Program-made: the position numbers and the translations under genes
Notes under the pieces: generated by a model
Told to the model about the DNA's origin: nothing
What the model saw: only the letters and a program-made list of their open reading frames with translations
Databases searched by the model: none
Shown here: piece after piece, positions 17,653 through 28,104 of the stretch
How positions within the stretch are numbered: position 1 is the first letter of the stretch
How the letters are laid out: every line of letters starts with the position of its first letter
DNA from: an uncultured Lachnospiraceae bacterium
GTDB taxonomy: Bacteria; Bacillota; Clostridia; Christensenellales; UBA1242
Assembly (NCBI GenBank): GCA_964400145.1
Contig: CAYNTF010000005.1
Location: 2,176 to 66,175 of the forward strand
Direction of reading: 5' to 3'
DNA: 64,000 nucleotides

Positions 17653-20600
17653 TTATGACAATGTTGCATAGTTTGTGCCCCACACCCAGCTTGTTGAACC
17701 ACCTGTAAATGAGCATTCTCCATTCGCATTGCTGTTTGTTGCAGAAAATCCCGATTTTGCAAGTGCAACAACACCACCAACATAGCAAGCAATATCGTTA
17801 CTCTCTGAAGCACTCACAACAAAAGCATAGTTGTTTGTGCAATTTTCCATAGTTGACGAAGATGTGTTTGTGACCACAATTCCACCAATTTGCACAAAGT
17901 CTGCTCGGGCATTGCAGTTCATCGTCACACTTTGTGTTGTGTCCGCACCCGAAACACATCCCGAGATTGAGCCATAATTGGTGTAACATATTCCGCCAAA
18001 GGAAATCATAACTGATTGATTGTTGTCGTTGATTATCACAGAAGTGCTGATGGTGCAGTTTGAAATCGTCGCGGAACTTTGGTTGATTGAAGCAATTCCG
18101 CTGTATGCATGTGCGTATCTTGTCACCGAGTCACCATAGAAATATGTTTCAAAACTTGTGACTTCCACTCCGCTTATCGTGCCTGCATTGCTGATGACAA
18201 GTCCTGACATCAAGGCGTTTCTGGCGATTGAAGTGTATGTTTCGCCAAATTGAACTTGCAAAATCAAGTCGCTTGCGCCTGCTGTGGAAGTGAATGTTTC
18301 AAACAATGCACTGCCCGCCGTGTAAGTCAGCCCACCTGAAGTGAGAGAAAGAATTGTGTTGGTGGACTCTATGGTGATTGAACTTGTCAAATCGCTCACT
18401 CCTGTTGAAGTGTATGTGATTGTGTTATTGTTGCCAACAAGAACACCACCAAAATTGCCAGAGAAATAGAACCCTTCAAATTCGCCCAAATCAAGGTTAA
18501 CTTGAAGTGAGAAATAGAATTTATTTTCTTCACTCTGTGTTATGCTGTTTTGTTGATATGACGACAAATAACTGTCTTTTGTCATGCGATATATGATGTT
18601 GTCAAACTGTTCTTTGCTTGAAATGATGTATGGATTTGCCGATGTTCCGTCGCCACCATCAAAGAGATTGAACTGCGCAACTTGACTTCCAACTGAAATT
18701 GATTGCAAGTTGTTGCTGTCAATTTTGACGATAACTTCAATGGAAACATATCCGCTCACCGTTGGAGTGAAATTTTTCTCCGTTGTGGTGTAGACTCTTT
18801 CTTGGTCAATTATGTATGAATTTTCGTTTTCATAGTAAGAATAGTATGTCGCTTGAACAATATAAACAGGATTTTCACTTAAATCGCTTTGCTCAAAACT
18901 CCAAGAGAATGTCTGTGTGGTTTCGTCCCATGTCACATCACTTGCACCATAAGAGCGTTGCAGAACAATTTCTTCGCTCTCATCACTGAACAAAATGTTG
19001 TTAAGTTGTGGATTGACGCACTTTGCCACAACTGTGATTGTCATAACCGAATCATTGTCAATCACCAAAATTCTTGCATCAACATTCACACTGCCTTCTC
19101 TGATGATGTTCAAATAGTTGTTTTCAGCATCAAGTTCAAAGATGTAAGTTTCTTCTTCGTCATCGCCGTTTTTAACCACAACTGTCACAACAAGATAGAT
19201 GTCTGAATTCCCGCTGTTTTGGAAGTAATTTTCAAAAGTGAGCGTTTCTTCGTCGGTGCCACTGACAATTTCATAGTCGCCCTCTCCCAATATGGCAAGT
19301 TTTGTCACCGAAAAACTTTTCCCTATTGACTTGACAAGAAGCATTGAATTTGTTGCACTCTTTGTGGCATAAATGGTCAGAGTCTGCGTTCCGCTTGCAA
19401 TGCTTCCAGCACTTTCGTGGAAGATAATCTTAAATTCAATCACAGTAGGGTCGGAACTTGCAGTATCCAAAACTTCGAATGTTCCGTCAATCTCATTTCC
19501 TTCGCTGTCTGTGACAATAAATCTGTAATATGTCAAAAGTGTGCTTGATGTGACTTCATACAAAGTTGGAACGCCAAACAACCAAGTGAGTTCGCCGTCT
19601 TCCGTCACTGCGAGATTGGTCACGGCGTCAACCTGAGTTAATCCAGACAATTCTCCGCCGTCGCCCATGAGAACATAGGTTTCGTCGGTATACTGAATTT
19701 CACCGCCAACATATCCGCCTTCCACAAGTTGCAGTCCGTCACCAACATCCGTTCCGCCAAACGCTTGAACGGTCACTCTGATATACAACCCTGTGGTGCT
19801 GATTGTCAAATTCTTAAAGTCAAACGATGTCAATTTTGTGTAGAAAACTTCGCTTTCAACATCTTCGTTGGCAGTGATATTACTTCCCGTGTAGTTCGTT
19901 TCATAAGTTGTCACTGTCACTTTGTATATAATTTCGCCATTTGAAAGAGCGAGCGTGTCTTCATTTGTTGTTCTGCCTTCCACAGCATCCCAAACCAAAA
20001 CTCCGTCCGAATTCACTCTCACATTTGTGACCGCATCCAGCATGCTGGCATTGATTGTCACTTCTTCACTTTTGAGTGCAACATACGAACTTGGTGATTC
20101 TTCACAGACGACATTTTTGAGATAGTAATTTGAACCAGAAGAAGAACTTTCATCCTCTGTCAGCACTGCGGTGGAGCCAAGTTGACTTACGGTGAATGAT
20201 GTTGCGCTTGCTTCCGTCTGCTTGTATTCACTCTCGCCAACCATTCCCGTCGTTCCAACAGCATAGTTTGTCGACGAAGAATTTGATGTCAAGGTGTAAG
20301 TCACTTCCGAAGTGGAAACATCGTTATAGAGTTCATACCGATAGTCCCCGCTGTCCGAACTGCCTATATAAGAATTGCTTATTCGATCAGAATTCACACT
20401 TCCATTGATTACCAAATATCCATATGTGTTTGTGATTGTCGGTGAAGCAAGTTTATACACTTTGCTGAGATAGTAGGTTGCACTGTCAACATAGATGACA
20501 TTGTTGGAAACAGTGCCACGAATGATAAATCGCAAGTTATATGTTCCGCTTGGATATCCCGACAGTGAGAACCTGAACGATTTTGTTGAATCTCCAACTC

Positions 20601-23600
20601 CTTCAACGGTTTCTTCAATCAAACTTTCGCTGTTTCTTTGGATAAGCACTGTGGTGGCTCTGTTATATTGTGACACCCACCTGATTTCACCGTCAGTCAC
20701 CGACAAACTTTCGAATTCAAGGAATGTTACGGAATAATATTCCGACTTGCTTGATGCAGAATAATCTGTGCCGACTGCATATATCTGCATTTCCATTGCG
20801 CCATAACCTTCAAACAAACTTTCAAACACGCCCAAAATGGAGTTGCCGTTGTTATAGTTGAGGTATATTGAAATTGAATTGCCGTCTTCACTGACTGTCA
20901 ATGAAACAGTTTGACTTGAAGAAGTGTCATTCAAACTTAAACTATATCCACTGCTTCCTTTGACGATTGAGAAGGAATAATCACCCAAAATCATGACATA
21001 GTTTTCTGCGGTTTCTTGAACAAAAGCACCTTCTTTATATGTCCAAATCAAACTCTTTTTGAAAGTGATTATATAGGAAGTCAAATATGAGTCTGTGGAA
21101 GTTGTCACACTGACATCTGGCGTTGGATTGACATAGATTATGTCGTCCACTTCTCCGCCAAGACCGTTTGAGAATGTATACCAAGTTGAATTGAGTGTTC
21201 GACTTTCGCCCACAAGGCAATACTCCAATTTGTATGCCCCTGTCGGCAAAGTTTCGAAATATTGGTCAAATATGGTGTTTTGATTTGCCACGCCGTAACT
21301 TCCACTTTGAACAAGCGTGATGAAGTCACCCAAAACTGCCCACATTTCATCGTCTTGAACAGCATTATACGCTCTTTGCAAATTGTTCAAAATCACATCT
21401 GCACTCACATCGTTGTTTTCTGCTAAGTTCAAAAGACTGGAAAGGAACAAACTTGCGTCAACACTGTATATGTTTTGTGCATACACACCATCTTGATTTG
21501 TAAATCGCAAGCAAATTGTAAGTTCGCCGTTGACAAGGTCATAAAGTGTGAATGTGAACGGACTTGTGAAAGTTGTTTGATACAAAGTGTAGGCAAGTTC
21601 CAAATCACTCAAACCTTCGTTTGACGGAGTCGTCAACAAGATGTATAATTCATCTTCCACACTCCAATTTATTGAAAGCGTGCCGTCTTTCAATGTTAGT
21701 GGGGAGTTTATTTGATTTTTGATAACTTCCAATGGTTCACCGTCATCGTCAAGTTTGAAAGTCAGTTTTGAAGAGAGTGTGTATAACCCTTCGCCAATGC
21801 TTCGCACAGCCAAGTAGTATGAACTGTCTTCACCAGCGAATTTGGAAGCATTAAACGATGTGGAAGTTGTTGAAATGATGGTGTATGCATCTGCATCAAT
21901 TTTGGTGTAGAAATACACATAATATGCAACTGCATTCGGGTCATTGATTGACCAAACAATGTTCCCGCGGGACAAATCCACTGTGGCAACACTTGCAACT
22001 CTTGTGAAAACAATCTCTTCACTTTGTGCTGAAACAGTGTAAATTTCGTTAATTATAGAAATTCTTTTAAAGCAAATGGACAATTCACCTGTCAATTCAA
22101 TCGCATCACCATTTTCGTCAGTCAAATTGTCAAGAACATCAACCAAATTGACAGCAAAGTAGTCTTCTGAATTCAATTCGACGGCGTATTGTATCAATTC
22201 ATCAAGTGACACAAATTTGATGTATGATTGGTCATCTTGAATGATTTTAACCAAAATTCCCTTTGTGGTGTCTGTCTTTGTGAAGAGCGCATAAGTGTTT
22301 ATGTTATTCTCGTCTTTGACAATGTGGCCGCCGCCCCCTTCTTCATAGAAATTCACCGAACCTTCAAAGTTATATACAAACGAACTGTAAGAGTCTGAAA
22401 CAACATACTCAAAAGTTTCTTTTCCATTAAGTGCCCAGAAATAGAGTTGCTGATAGGAATCAACTCCCAACGCTTCCAAAATTTCAAGCAGACTGTATGT
22501 ATACAAATATTCGTCTGGTTCCAAGTCCAAATTTTCCGTCAAAGTTGGCTCGAATTCATAGAAATTGCCTGTGAAAATGCCGTCACTTTCAGTGCTTACA
22601 TAGATTTTTTCACCAGCAACACTTTTCCAAGTGAAGTAAATTGTGTCTATCGTCTGCTCGTTATATGAAATGTTTTGAATTCCCAAACTCTTGACAAACT
22701 CATCACTCAGCGTCCAAACCGAATCCAAAATGATGTTGGTTGCGTCTGACAAATCACCCAGAGTTAAGATTTGAACATAGAACACGCTTTCTTCGGTTAG
22801 ACTTGCTGTGTTGATGATATCTTGCGTCATCTCTGTCCAACCAACAAGCACGCTTTGTGCACTTTGTATGCGGTATAGATAGTCGATGTCTGATTCTCGC
22901 TCATATGTGACAACGCCGTTGACACTCTGAACATCCGTGCTGGCAATGTTGTTGCTGGCAATTTCCACACTGACAGGTTGCAACTGCGAATCATTTTTCA
23001 GTTCATCACCTTTTGCGATAAATTCAAGTCTAAGTTTTCCGCCGTCAGCCAAATTCGTCAAATATGCCGTCAGAGTTGAATAGTTCTCGCCAAACAATTC
23101 TGAGGAAGTGTATGTGATTGTGTCATTATCTGTATGGCTCGCGAAATTAGTTAAAGAAATGGTGGTGACATATTCGTATGAACCGTCTGCAAGATAGGTG
23201 TAAACATTGATTTCATATCCTGTCGCCCCATCAACTTCCGACCATGATACGATGATTTGATTGCTTTCATTTCTACCGAATGTGATATCAGTTATGATAT
23301 CCAAACGGTCTATGTCATAAGTTCCACTCAAAATTCCAGAAACAAGATATAATTCAGAAGCCCCCGTAGCCCCCGTCACAGCAAAAATGGAATAAGTCAT
23401 CGTTTCAGTCAATCCGTCTGGCAAAATGAAGTTCAGGTCAGATTGATTGGAGATGTAATACATCTCGTTTTCGCCGACATAGATGATGTAATAAACTTCA
23501 ACTGCGTTGTCATCAGCAATCACAAACCCACTGCTGTTTCGCTGTATGCTTGGGGTCGCCAAAATTGTGTAAGTTTGACTGTAATTATTTGCAGATGGAA

Positions 23601-26600
23601 GATAATAGGCATTTTCACCAGAATAACTGCTGATGTATGCTGAAATTGTCAATGTTCCGCCTTCTGACAAATAGTTGCTTATGAAATCTGAAAGGTCGTA
23701 TGTGGATGTTGTCACTTCAATCGTTTCCGTCTGTGAGCCCGTTGAAGTTGTTGCTGTCAAGACCAAAATCACATTGCCAAGCGCGTCCCCTTTGTCGATT
23801 TTCAACTCGTGTGTGTTGTAAGTCAAACTTATTTCTTCAATCGTTGCTGTTGTGAAAGATAAGTTTGAGATGTTGTCAAATTGATTTATTGTCAAAATTG
23901 TTGAAGAAAGAACATTGTTGATATTTTCATCTGTGCCTGCCACGCTGATCATAATTTCCAAGACGCCGTTGGAAACAAATTCCCAATAATAATATTCACT
24001 TGCGCTTATTGTGAAAGTGTATGAACATCCATTTCCACTGCTTGTTGCGGAAACGGAAGTTTCAACGGTTAAGTTGGAGTTTTCGCCAATTATATAGATG
24101 TTGAACGAAGCATTTTCACCATAATCACCTTCAAAAGTAATCTCAATGTCAGGTCTTTGCGTGAACTTCGAACTGAAATTAACCCCAACCACTTCTGGTT
24201 CTTCCAACTTTCTTATTTCAGAGTTTGATTGATATGTGTAATGATTATAAAGTGTCACTTCGCCAAAGACAGCCTTTTGCGAAGTGTAATAAATTGTTCC
24301 TGATGCGCCCACTTGATATGACCCCAAGTATGCCACAACATACACGGTTAAATCTCCCGTTGCAAGTCCGTTTTCCAACGAACTTAAAAGAGTGGTCACT
24401 TGATAGTAATTCACAGAAGTGCTGGAAGTTTCATACCTTGCATAATTGCCGTTTGTGTCGACAAAGTAGACATAATACACCAAAGAATTCAGTGTGACAC
24501 CGTTTCCAAAAGCGTTCCAACTGATAACTTGATTTGCAATCGTAATCTCATTATCACCTGGCGCGATGCTGTCCATTTGGGCAACAGTGTATTGTGTTGT
24601 TTGACTGTCCATATAATAAATGGTCACGCCGTCACTTGACACTTGGCTTTCACCAACACATTTGAAACTATATTGTCCAAAACCATAAGTGGCGATATCC
24701 AATTCTCCTGTGGTGTTTTCAACTGTGTTTTGCCCCACTGCGATTTGGATGTATTTCACACCTGTCACCAAAAATTCAGAAAAATTGAGTTTTCCGTTCG
24801 TCACCTGCACATTCGACACGCTTGAAAGTTGTCGAAGTTCAATTATGTTCGATTTTGCCGAATCAAGATAGTTTGGACTTGTTGCAACAACATAATATCT
24901 TCCTTCTGTGCTGGTTGTGTAACTGTCTGTTGTGACTGTGTCAATCGTTTCGTCAGTGAGTGCGTCATAAATCACATATTCAGCGGCATCGTCAATCGTT
25001 TCCCAAACAAGAGCACCGTTGTCATAAGAGAACGAAAGTTCCACCGCGTCCAATTTCTCGACCGTCAAAACATATGACGCATCTGATTGTGTGGTGGCAT
25101 ATTGAGAAGAGAGTTGAATGACCCCATCTCTGTCCGCTGTTCTGTGTGCATAAGCAGAAAATTCCACCGAAACAGCCTGTGCGTAAACCGTTGCCAAGTC
25201 TGTTCCTTTTATTTGTTCAATCAAGTCGTCCAAATTGATTGTCACACTTGATGAAGCAATGGAAAGGAAGTCGCTCAATTCGCCCAAATCATATGAATTT
25301 TCGCCATAAATCGCTGTGACGGTTGAACCAAATCGAACATATATAACATATCTGTCACCCGAGGATGTCACACAAGTGAGTTCCAAAACATAGTCATCAA
25401 CATATGCCGTTGCGCTGTGAGCAAAAATCAAATCGCCGTCATAATATCTCAAATTGGTTGGTGCGTCAATGCGTTGTAATTCCAAAGTCGTCACTGCACT
25501 GTCCAGATAGATAATTCCGTTCGTTTCCCCAAACAACTTTGTTTCGTCAGAATATGTGCCGTAATAATAGAAACTCAACGAATAACTGCTTTTAAATTCA
25601 ATACTTCCGCCCATTAAGGTCAAAGTTATATCTTGGTCTGAACCAATGGAAAGATTATCCTCCCGTTCATAGATTTTCAAACCTGTTGCGCCCGTCTTGT
25701 TTTTGAGCGTCACCGTTGTTGTTGGTTTGTAATCTTCAATCAAAATGTCGCTTGTCACTGTGTTGGTGCTGAAACTTGCCTGTGCAATTCGTTGAATTGT
25801 CAGCCTCACACTCTCTGTGGAAATATATATCGTGCTGTCACTGTTTACGCCTGTTATTGTGAGAGTGTATGCCACAGATGAATCGTCAAAAGTTTCCGTC
25901 AAATTATAAATTCCGCCCGTGCTGTATGTGTAATTTTGAGTGATTGCTGTTTCATTCCCTTTTTGAATTTGAACTTGATATGTTGTTATATTTGAAGTTT
26001 GTCCAATTTGAAGGTAATACCCCGTTGCGCCAGTGTTTAAATCAATTTTGCTCTCATCATATCCAAGTTGCACTTCTCCCAGCAAAAGTTGTTCGGAAAG
26101 ATAGAATGTTTCTTCAAAATAGTTCACCGAAGAGATATATTCATTCTCGTTGTTTGAAAGAGTGTAGATTCGCACACGATAATAGCCAACATTTTCAAAA
26201 GTATATGAATTTGTTTCCACAATTTCTGTTGTCGGTTCAGTGCTTGCGCTTGGCACTGATGTCAAAGAATAATAAATCAAAAGTCTGTATCCGCCTGCAT
26301 TCTCGCTTGCTGTCCAAGTGTATGTCATGTTCGTTGAATTGCCACTTTGTGCTGTTGTTGGTGGGTATAGAATTGTTAATGTTTTTGTTATCGCCGAATT
26401 TATTGTGAACTCATTATTCTCAGTCACTGCAACAATTTGAAGAGAAATCTCTCCGCCTTCAATGTCAAAAAGGCTTTCAACTCCGCCGTCAAGCGTTATT
26501 GTTTCGCCCTGCACGGTGTATTCCCCTTCATCAACTTTTTCATAATTTCCGTTTACCAAAATGTAAAGCGCATAAGAAGTTGCCCCATCAACTTCGTTGA

Positions 26601-28104
26601 AAGTTAAAACAGAATTTCCTTGTGCATCATATTCGTGTGTGACTTCGCCAGTGAAGTTTGCAAGTTTGGTCACGCTGACATCTTGGCTTGCATCAGAATT
26701 AAGCACATAGACAGTTTCCCCGTTGCTGACATAACTCTCAGTCACAACTTTTTGCATGGCGCTGAGAGTGTAATTGCCCGCTTGTTCAATTTGAAGTGTG
26801 ATTTTTCCGTCTTGCACGCTGACATTTCCAAAATCATTCCCCAAGACCACAATCTGTGTTTCAACGGAGCCTGGAACAGCAGATTCGCTTGCCACATTGA
26901 TGCTTAAAGTTGTGCTGTTCACATCTGTGTCACCCGAACTTGAAAGAACCACCGAAGGCAACTTGTATACCTTGTTCAAAACAATGTCACTGTGGAAGAA
27001 GAACCCTTCACTTTTCACTGTGATTTCAACTGAATAGACTCCCGCGGACTCACCGTCCAAACTTGTGGAGATTGACGACAATGCGTTCTCGAATGAAATA
27101 GTTTTTTCATATTCATTGTCGTCATACAAATAGACATCAAATTGCTGTTCGTCGGACAAGTATTCCATATCCGACGGAGAGATGACAATTTCGCCATCAA
27201 CAAAGGTGACAGTTGGCGTGGAAAGTTTTGTGATTGACAGAATTTCGCTTTGTCGGGTCATTCTCTCATCATTTTGGTCAATCACATACACACGAATTTC
27301 GTGTTCGCCAGCAGAAAGGGTTTCAAAAATCGCCGTCAAATCAATCGATGTTTCTGATTGCTCTTGCAAAAGCATGTCATCAACTTGCACTTGATATTTT
27401 GCATCATATTTTTCTATGTCATACTTCTCTTCGTCAATCGCCCAAGACAAAAGTCCGTCATCCCACTGAAAATCTTCAATCGAAAGTTCTGGCATATACC
27501 CCACATAAAAAGTGTTTGTGGAAGGAGCGCTGTCGTCAAAGTACCCCGTTCCAAGCGCAGTGACAGAAAGCGCATAATCTCCTTCATCATTCATTTGAAA
27601 GGTTGTGTCGGTTGTGATAATTTCAATCTCTTGTGCTTCCTGCGCAACACCATCTTCATCATAAGAAGTGTATGTCCCCACAATTTTATATTCCGTCGCA
27701 ACCGTAACTTCGCCGTCAAAAATTCCAGAAACAGCCTCCCAAGACAGAAGCCCGTCTTCGTTGAAATAAAGAACAGGACTGTCAAAGGCTTTCTTGACAA
27801 CCACAGACATTGTGGCAATGGAACTTCCGTTATACATTGCATACACATAAGTTCGTCCCGAAGAAACGCCCACCAAAGTTTGCTCGTCAATCTCGACCAA
27901 TGAATTGGAAGCATAGAAAGTCACATCGTCTGCTGAAATGTTTTCAAAAGTGGCGTAATCAACCAAATTGATGCTTTCATCAACGGAGATTACCACTTCA
28001 TCCTGAGAAAAAGAAATTGTAGGGTCTTTGAAAGAACACCCCACAAGCACAAATCCAATGATGCATGTCAAGATAGACATTGCCATAATGCCAATTTTTT
28101 TCAT
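17653..28104 (-). CDS. Giant (3,483 aa) surface lipoprotein: Big_2-like N-terminus, long array of Fn3-like modules, C-terminal GLUG-type beta-helix
   Basis: AAGGAG lies 5 nt before the ATG at 28104, so the track start at 28128 adds 8 codons. Signal peptide MKKIGIMAMSILTCIIGFVLVGC. The motif 'L.W..V.GA..Y.+' recurs (LSWEAVSG, FNEVDGATSYALYI, SWSEVDGATGYEINVY, WTASENAGGYRLLIYY...). The ORF is 10.4 kb with no stops. Confidence 0.85.
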   Translation of the reverse strand: MKKIGIMAMSILTCIIGFVLVGCSFKDPTISFSQDEVVISVDESINLVDYATFENISADDVTFYASNSLVEIDEQTLVGVSSGRTYVYAMYNGSSIATMSVVVKKAFDSPVLYFNEDGLLSWEAVSGIFDGEVTVATEYKIVGTYTSYDEDGVAQEAQEIEIITTDTTFQMNDEGDYALSVTALGTGYFDDSAPSTNTFYVGYMPELSIEDFQWDDGLLSWAIDEEKYDIEKYDAKYQVQVDDMLLQEQSETSIDLTAIFETLSAGEHEIRVYVIDQNDERMTRQSEILSITKLSTPTVTFVDGEIVISPSDMEYLSDEQQFDVYLYDDNEYEKTISFENALSSISTSLDGESAGVYSVEITVKSEGFFFHSDIVLNKVYKLPSVVLSSSGDTDVNSTTLSINVASESAVPGSVETQIVVLGNDFGNVSVQDGKITLQIEQAGNYTLSAMQKVVTESYVSNGETVYVLNSDASQDVSVTKLANFTGEVTHEYDAQGNSVLTFNEVDGATSYALYILVNGNYEKVDEGEYTVQGETITLDGGVESLFDIEGGEISLQIVAVTENNEFTINSAITKTLTILYPPTTAQSGNSTNMTYTWTASENAGGYRLLIYYSLTSVPSASTEPTTEIVETNSYTFENVGYYRVRIYTLSNNENEYISSVNYFEETFYLSEQLLLGEVQLGYDESKIDLNTGATGYYLQIGQTSNITTYQVQIQKGNETAITQNYTYSTGGIYNLTETFDDSSVAYTLTITGVNSDSTIYISTESVRLTIQRIAQASFSTNTVTSDILIEDYKPTTTVTLKNKTGATGLKIYEREDNLSIGSDQDITLTLMGGSIEFKSSYSLSFYYYGTYSDETKLFGETNGIIYLDSAVTTLELQRIDAPTNLRYYDGDLIFAHSATAYVDDYVLELTCVTSSGDRYVIYVRFGSTVTAIYGENSYDLGELSDFLSIASSSVTINLDDLIEQIKGTDLATVYAQAVSVEFSAYAHRTADRDGVIQLSSQYATTQSDASYVLTVEKLDAVELSFSYDNGALVWETIDDAAEYVIYDALTDETIDTVTTDSYTTSTEGRYYVVATSPNYLDSAKSNIIELRQLSSVSNVQVTNGKLNFSEFLVTGVKYIQIAVGQNTVENTTGELDIATYGFGQYSFKCVGESQVSSDGVTIYYMDSQTTQYTVAQMDSIAPGDNEITIANQVISWNAFGNGVTLNSLVYYVYFVDTNGNYARYETSSTSVNYYQVTTLLSSLENGLATGDLTVYVVAYLGSYQVGASGTIYYTSQKAVFGEVTLYNHYTYQSNSEIRKLEEPEVVGVNFSSKFTQRPDIEITFEGDYGENASFNIYIIGENSNLTVETSVSATSSGNGCSYTFTISASEYYYWEFVSNGVLEIMISVAGTDENINNVLSSTILTINQFDNISNLSFTTATIEEISLTYNTHELKIDKGDALGNVILVLTATTSTGSQTETIEVTTSTYDLSDFISNYLSEGGTLTISAYISSYSGENAYYLPSANNYSQTYTILATPSIQRNSSGFVIADDNAVEVYYIIYVGENEMYYISNQSDLNFILPDGLTETMTYSIFAVTGATGASELYLVSGILSGTYDIDRLDIITDITFGRNESNQIIVSWSEVDGATGYEINVYTYLADGSYEYVTTISLTNFASHTDNDTITYTSSELFGENYSTLTAYLTNLADGGKLRLEFIAKGDELKNDSQLQPVSVEIASNNIASTDVQSVNGVVTYERESDIDYLYRIQSAQSVLVGWTEMTQDIINTASLTEESVFYVQILTLGDLSDATNIILDSVWTLSDEFVKSLGIQNISYNEQTIDTIYFTWKSVAGEKIYVSTESDGIFTGNFYEFEPTLTENLDLEPDEYLYTYSLLEILEALGVDSYQQLYFWALNGKETFEYVVSDSYSSFVYNFEGSVNFYEEGGGGHIVKDENNINTYALFTKTDTTKGILVKIIQDDQSYIKFVSLDELIQYAVELNSEDYFAVNLVDVLDNLTDENGDAIELTGELSICFKRISIINEIYTVSAQSEEIVFTRVASVATVDLSRGNIVWSINDPNAVAYYVYFYTKIDADAYTIISTTSTSFNASKFAGEDSSYYLAVRSIGEGLYTLSSKLTFKLDDDGEPLEVIKNQINSPLTLKDGTLSINWSVEDELYILLTTPSNEGLSDLELAYTLYQTTFTSPFTFTLYDLVNGELTICLRFTNQDGVYAQNIYSVDASLFLSSLLNLAENNDVSADVILNNLQRAYNAVQDDEMWAVLGDFITLVQSGSYGVANQNTIFDQYFETLPTGAYKLEYCLVGESRTLNSTWYTFSNGLGGEVDDIIYVNPTPDVSVTTSTDSYLTSYIITFKKSLIWTYKEGAFVQETAENYVMILGDYSFSIVKGSSGYSLSLNDTSSSQTVSLTVSEDGNSISIYLNYNNGNSILGVFESLFEGYGAMEMQIYAVGTDYSASSKSEYYSVTFLEFESLSVTDGEIRWVSQYNRATTVLIQRNSESLIEETVEGVGDSTKSFRFSLSGYPSGTYNLRFIIRGTVSNNVIYVDSATYYLSKVYKLASPTITNTYGYLVINGSVNSDRISNSYIGSSDSGDYRYELYNDVSTSEVTYTLTSNSSSTNYAVGTTGMVGESEYKQTEASATSFTVSQLGSTAVLTEDESSSSGSNYYLKNVVCEESPSSYVALKSEEVTINASMLDAVTNVRVNSDGVLVWDAVEGRTTNEDTLALSNGEIIYKVTVTTYETNYTGSNITANEDVESEVFYTKLTSFDFKNLTISTTGLYIRVTVQAFGGTDVGDGLQLVEGGYVGGEIQYTDETYVLMGDGGELSGLTQVDAVTNLAVTEDGELTWLFGVPTLYEVTSSTLLTYYRFIVTDSEGNEIDGTFEVLDTASSDPTVIEFKIIFHESAGSIASGTQTLTIYATKSATNSMLLVKSIGKSFSVTKLAILGEGDYEIVSGTDEETLTFENYFQNSGNSDIYLVVTVVVKNGDDEEETYIFELDAENNYLNIIREGSVNVDARILVIDNDSVMTITVVAKCVNPQLNNILFSDESEEIVLQRSYGASDVTWDETTQTFSWSFEQSDLSENPVYIVQATYYSYYENENSYIIDQERVYTTTEKNFTPTVSGYVSIEVIVKIDSNNLQSISVGSQVAQFNLFDGGDGTSANPYIISSKEQFDNIIYRMTKDSYLSSYQQNSITQSEENKFYFSLQVNLDLGEFEGFYFSGNFGGVLVGNNNTITYTSTGVSDLTSSITIESTNTILSLTSGGLTYTAGSALFETFTSTAGASDLILQVQFGETYTSIARNALMSGLVISNAGTISGVEVTSFETYFYGDSVTRYAHAYSGIASINQSSATISNCTISTSVIINDNNQSVMISFGGICYTNYGSISGCVSGADTTQSVTMNCNARADFVQIGGIVVTNTSSSTMENCTNNYAFVVSASESNDIACYVGGVVALAKSGFSATNSNANGECSFTGGSTSWVWGTNYATLS
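17656..18660 (-). other. C-terminal beta-helix region with about 5 GLUG-like motifs
   Basis: DGGDGTSANPYIISSKEQFDNI entry motif, then MSGLVISNAGTISG, YSGIASINQSSATISNC, FGGICYTNYGSISGC, IGGIVVTNTSSSTMENC, VGGVVALAKSG. Confidence 0.55.
28036..28104 (-). other. Lipoprotein signal peptide with lipobox LVGC
   Basis: MKKIGIMAMSILTCIIGFVLVG|C: a basic n-region, a hydrophobic h-region and L-V-G-C. Confidence 0.75.
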
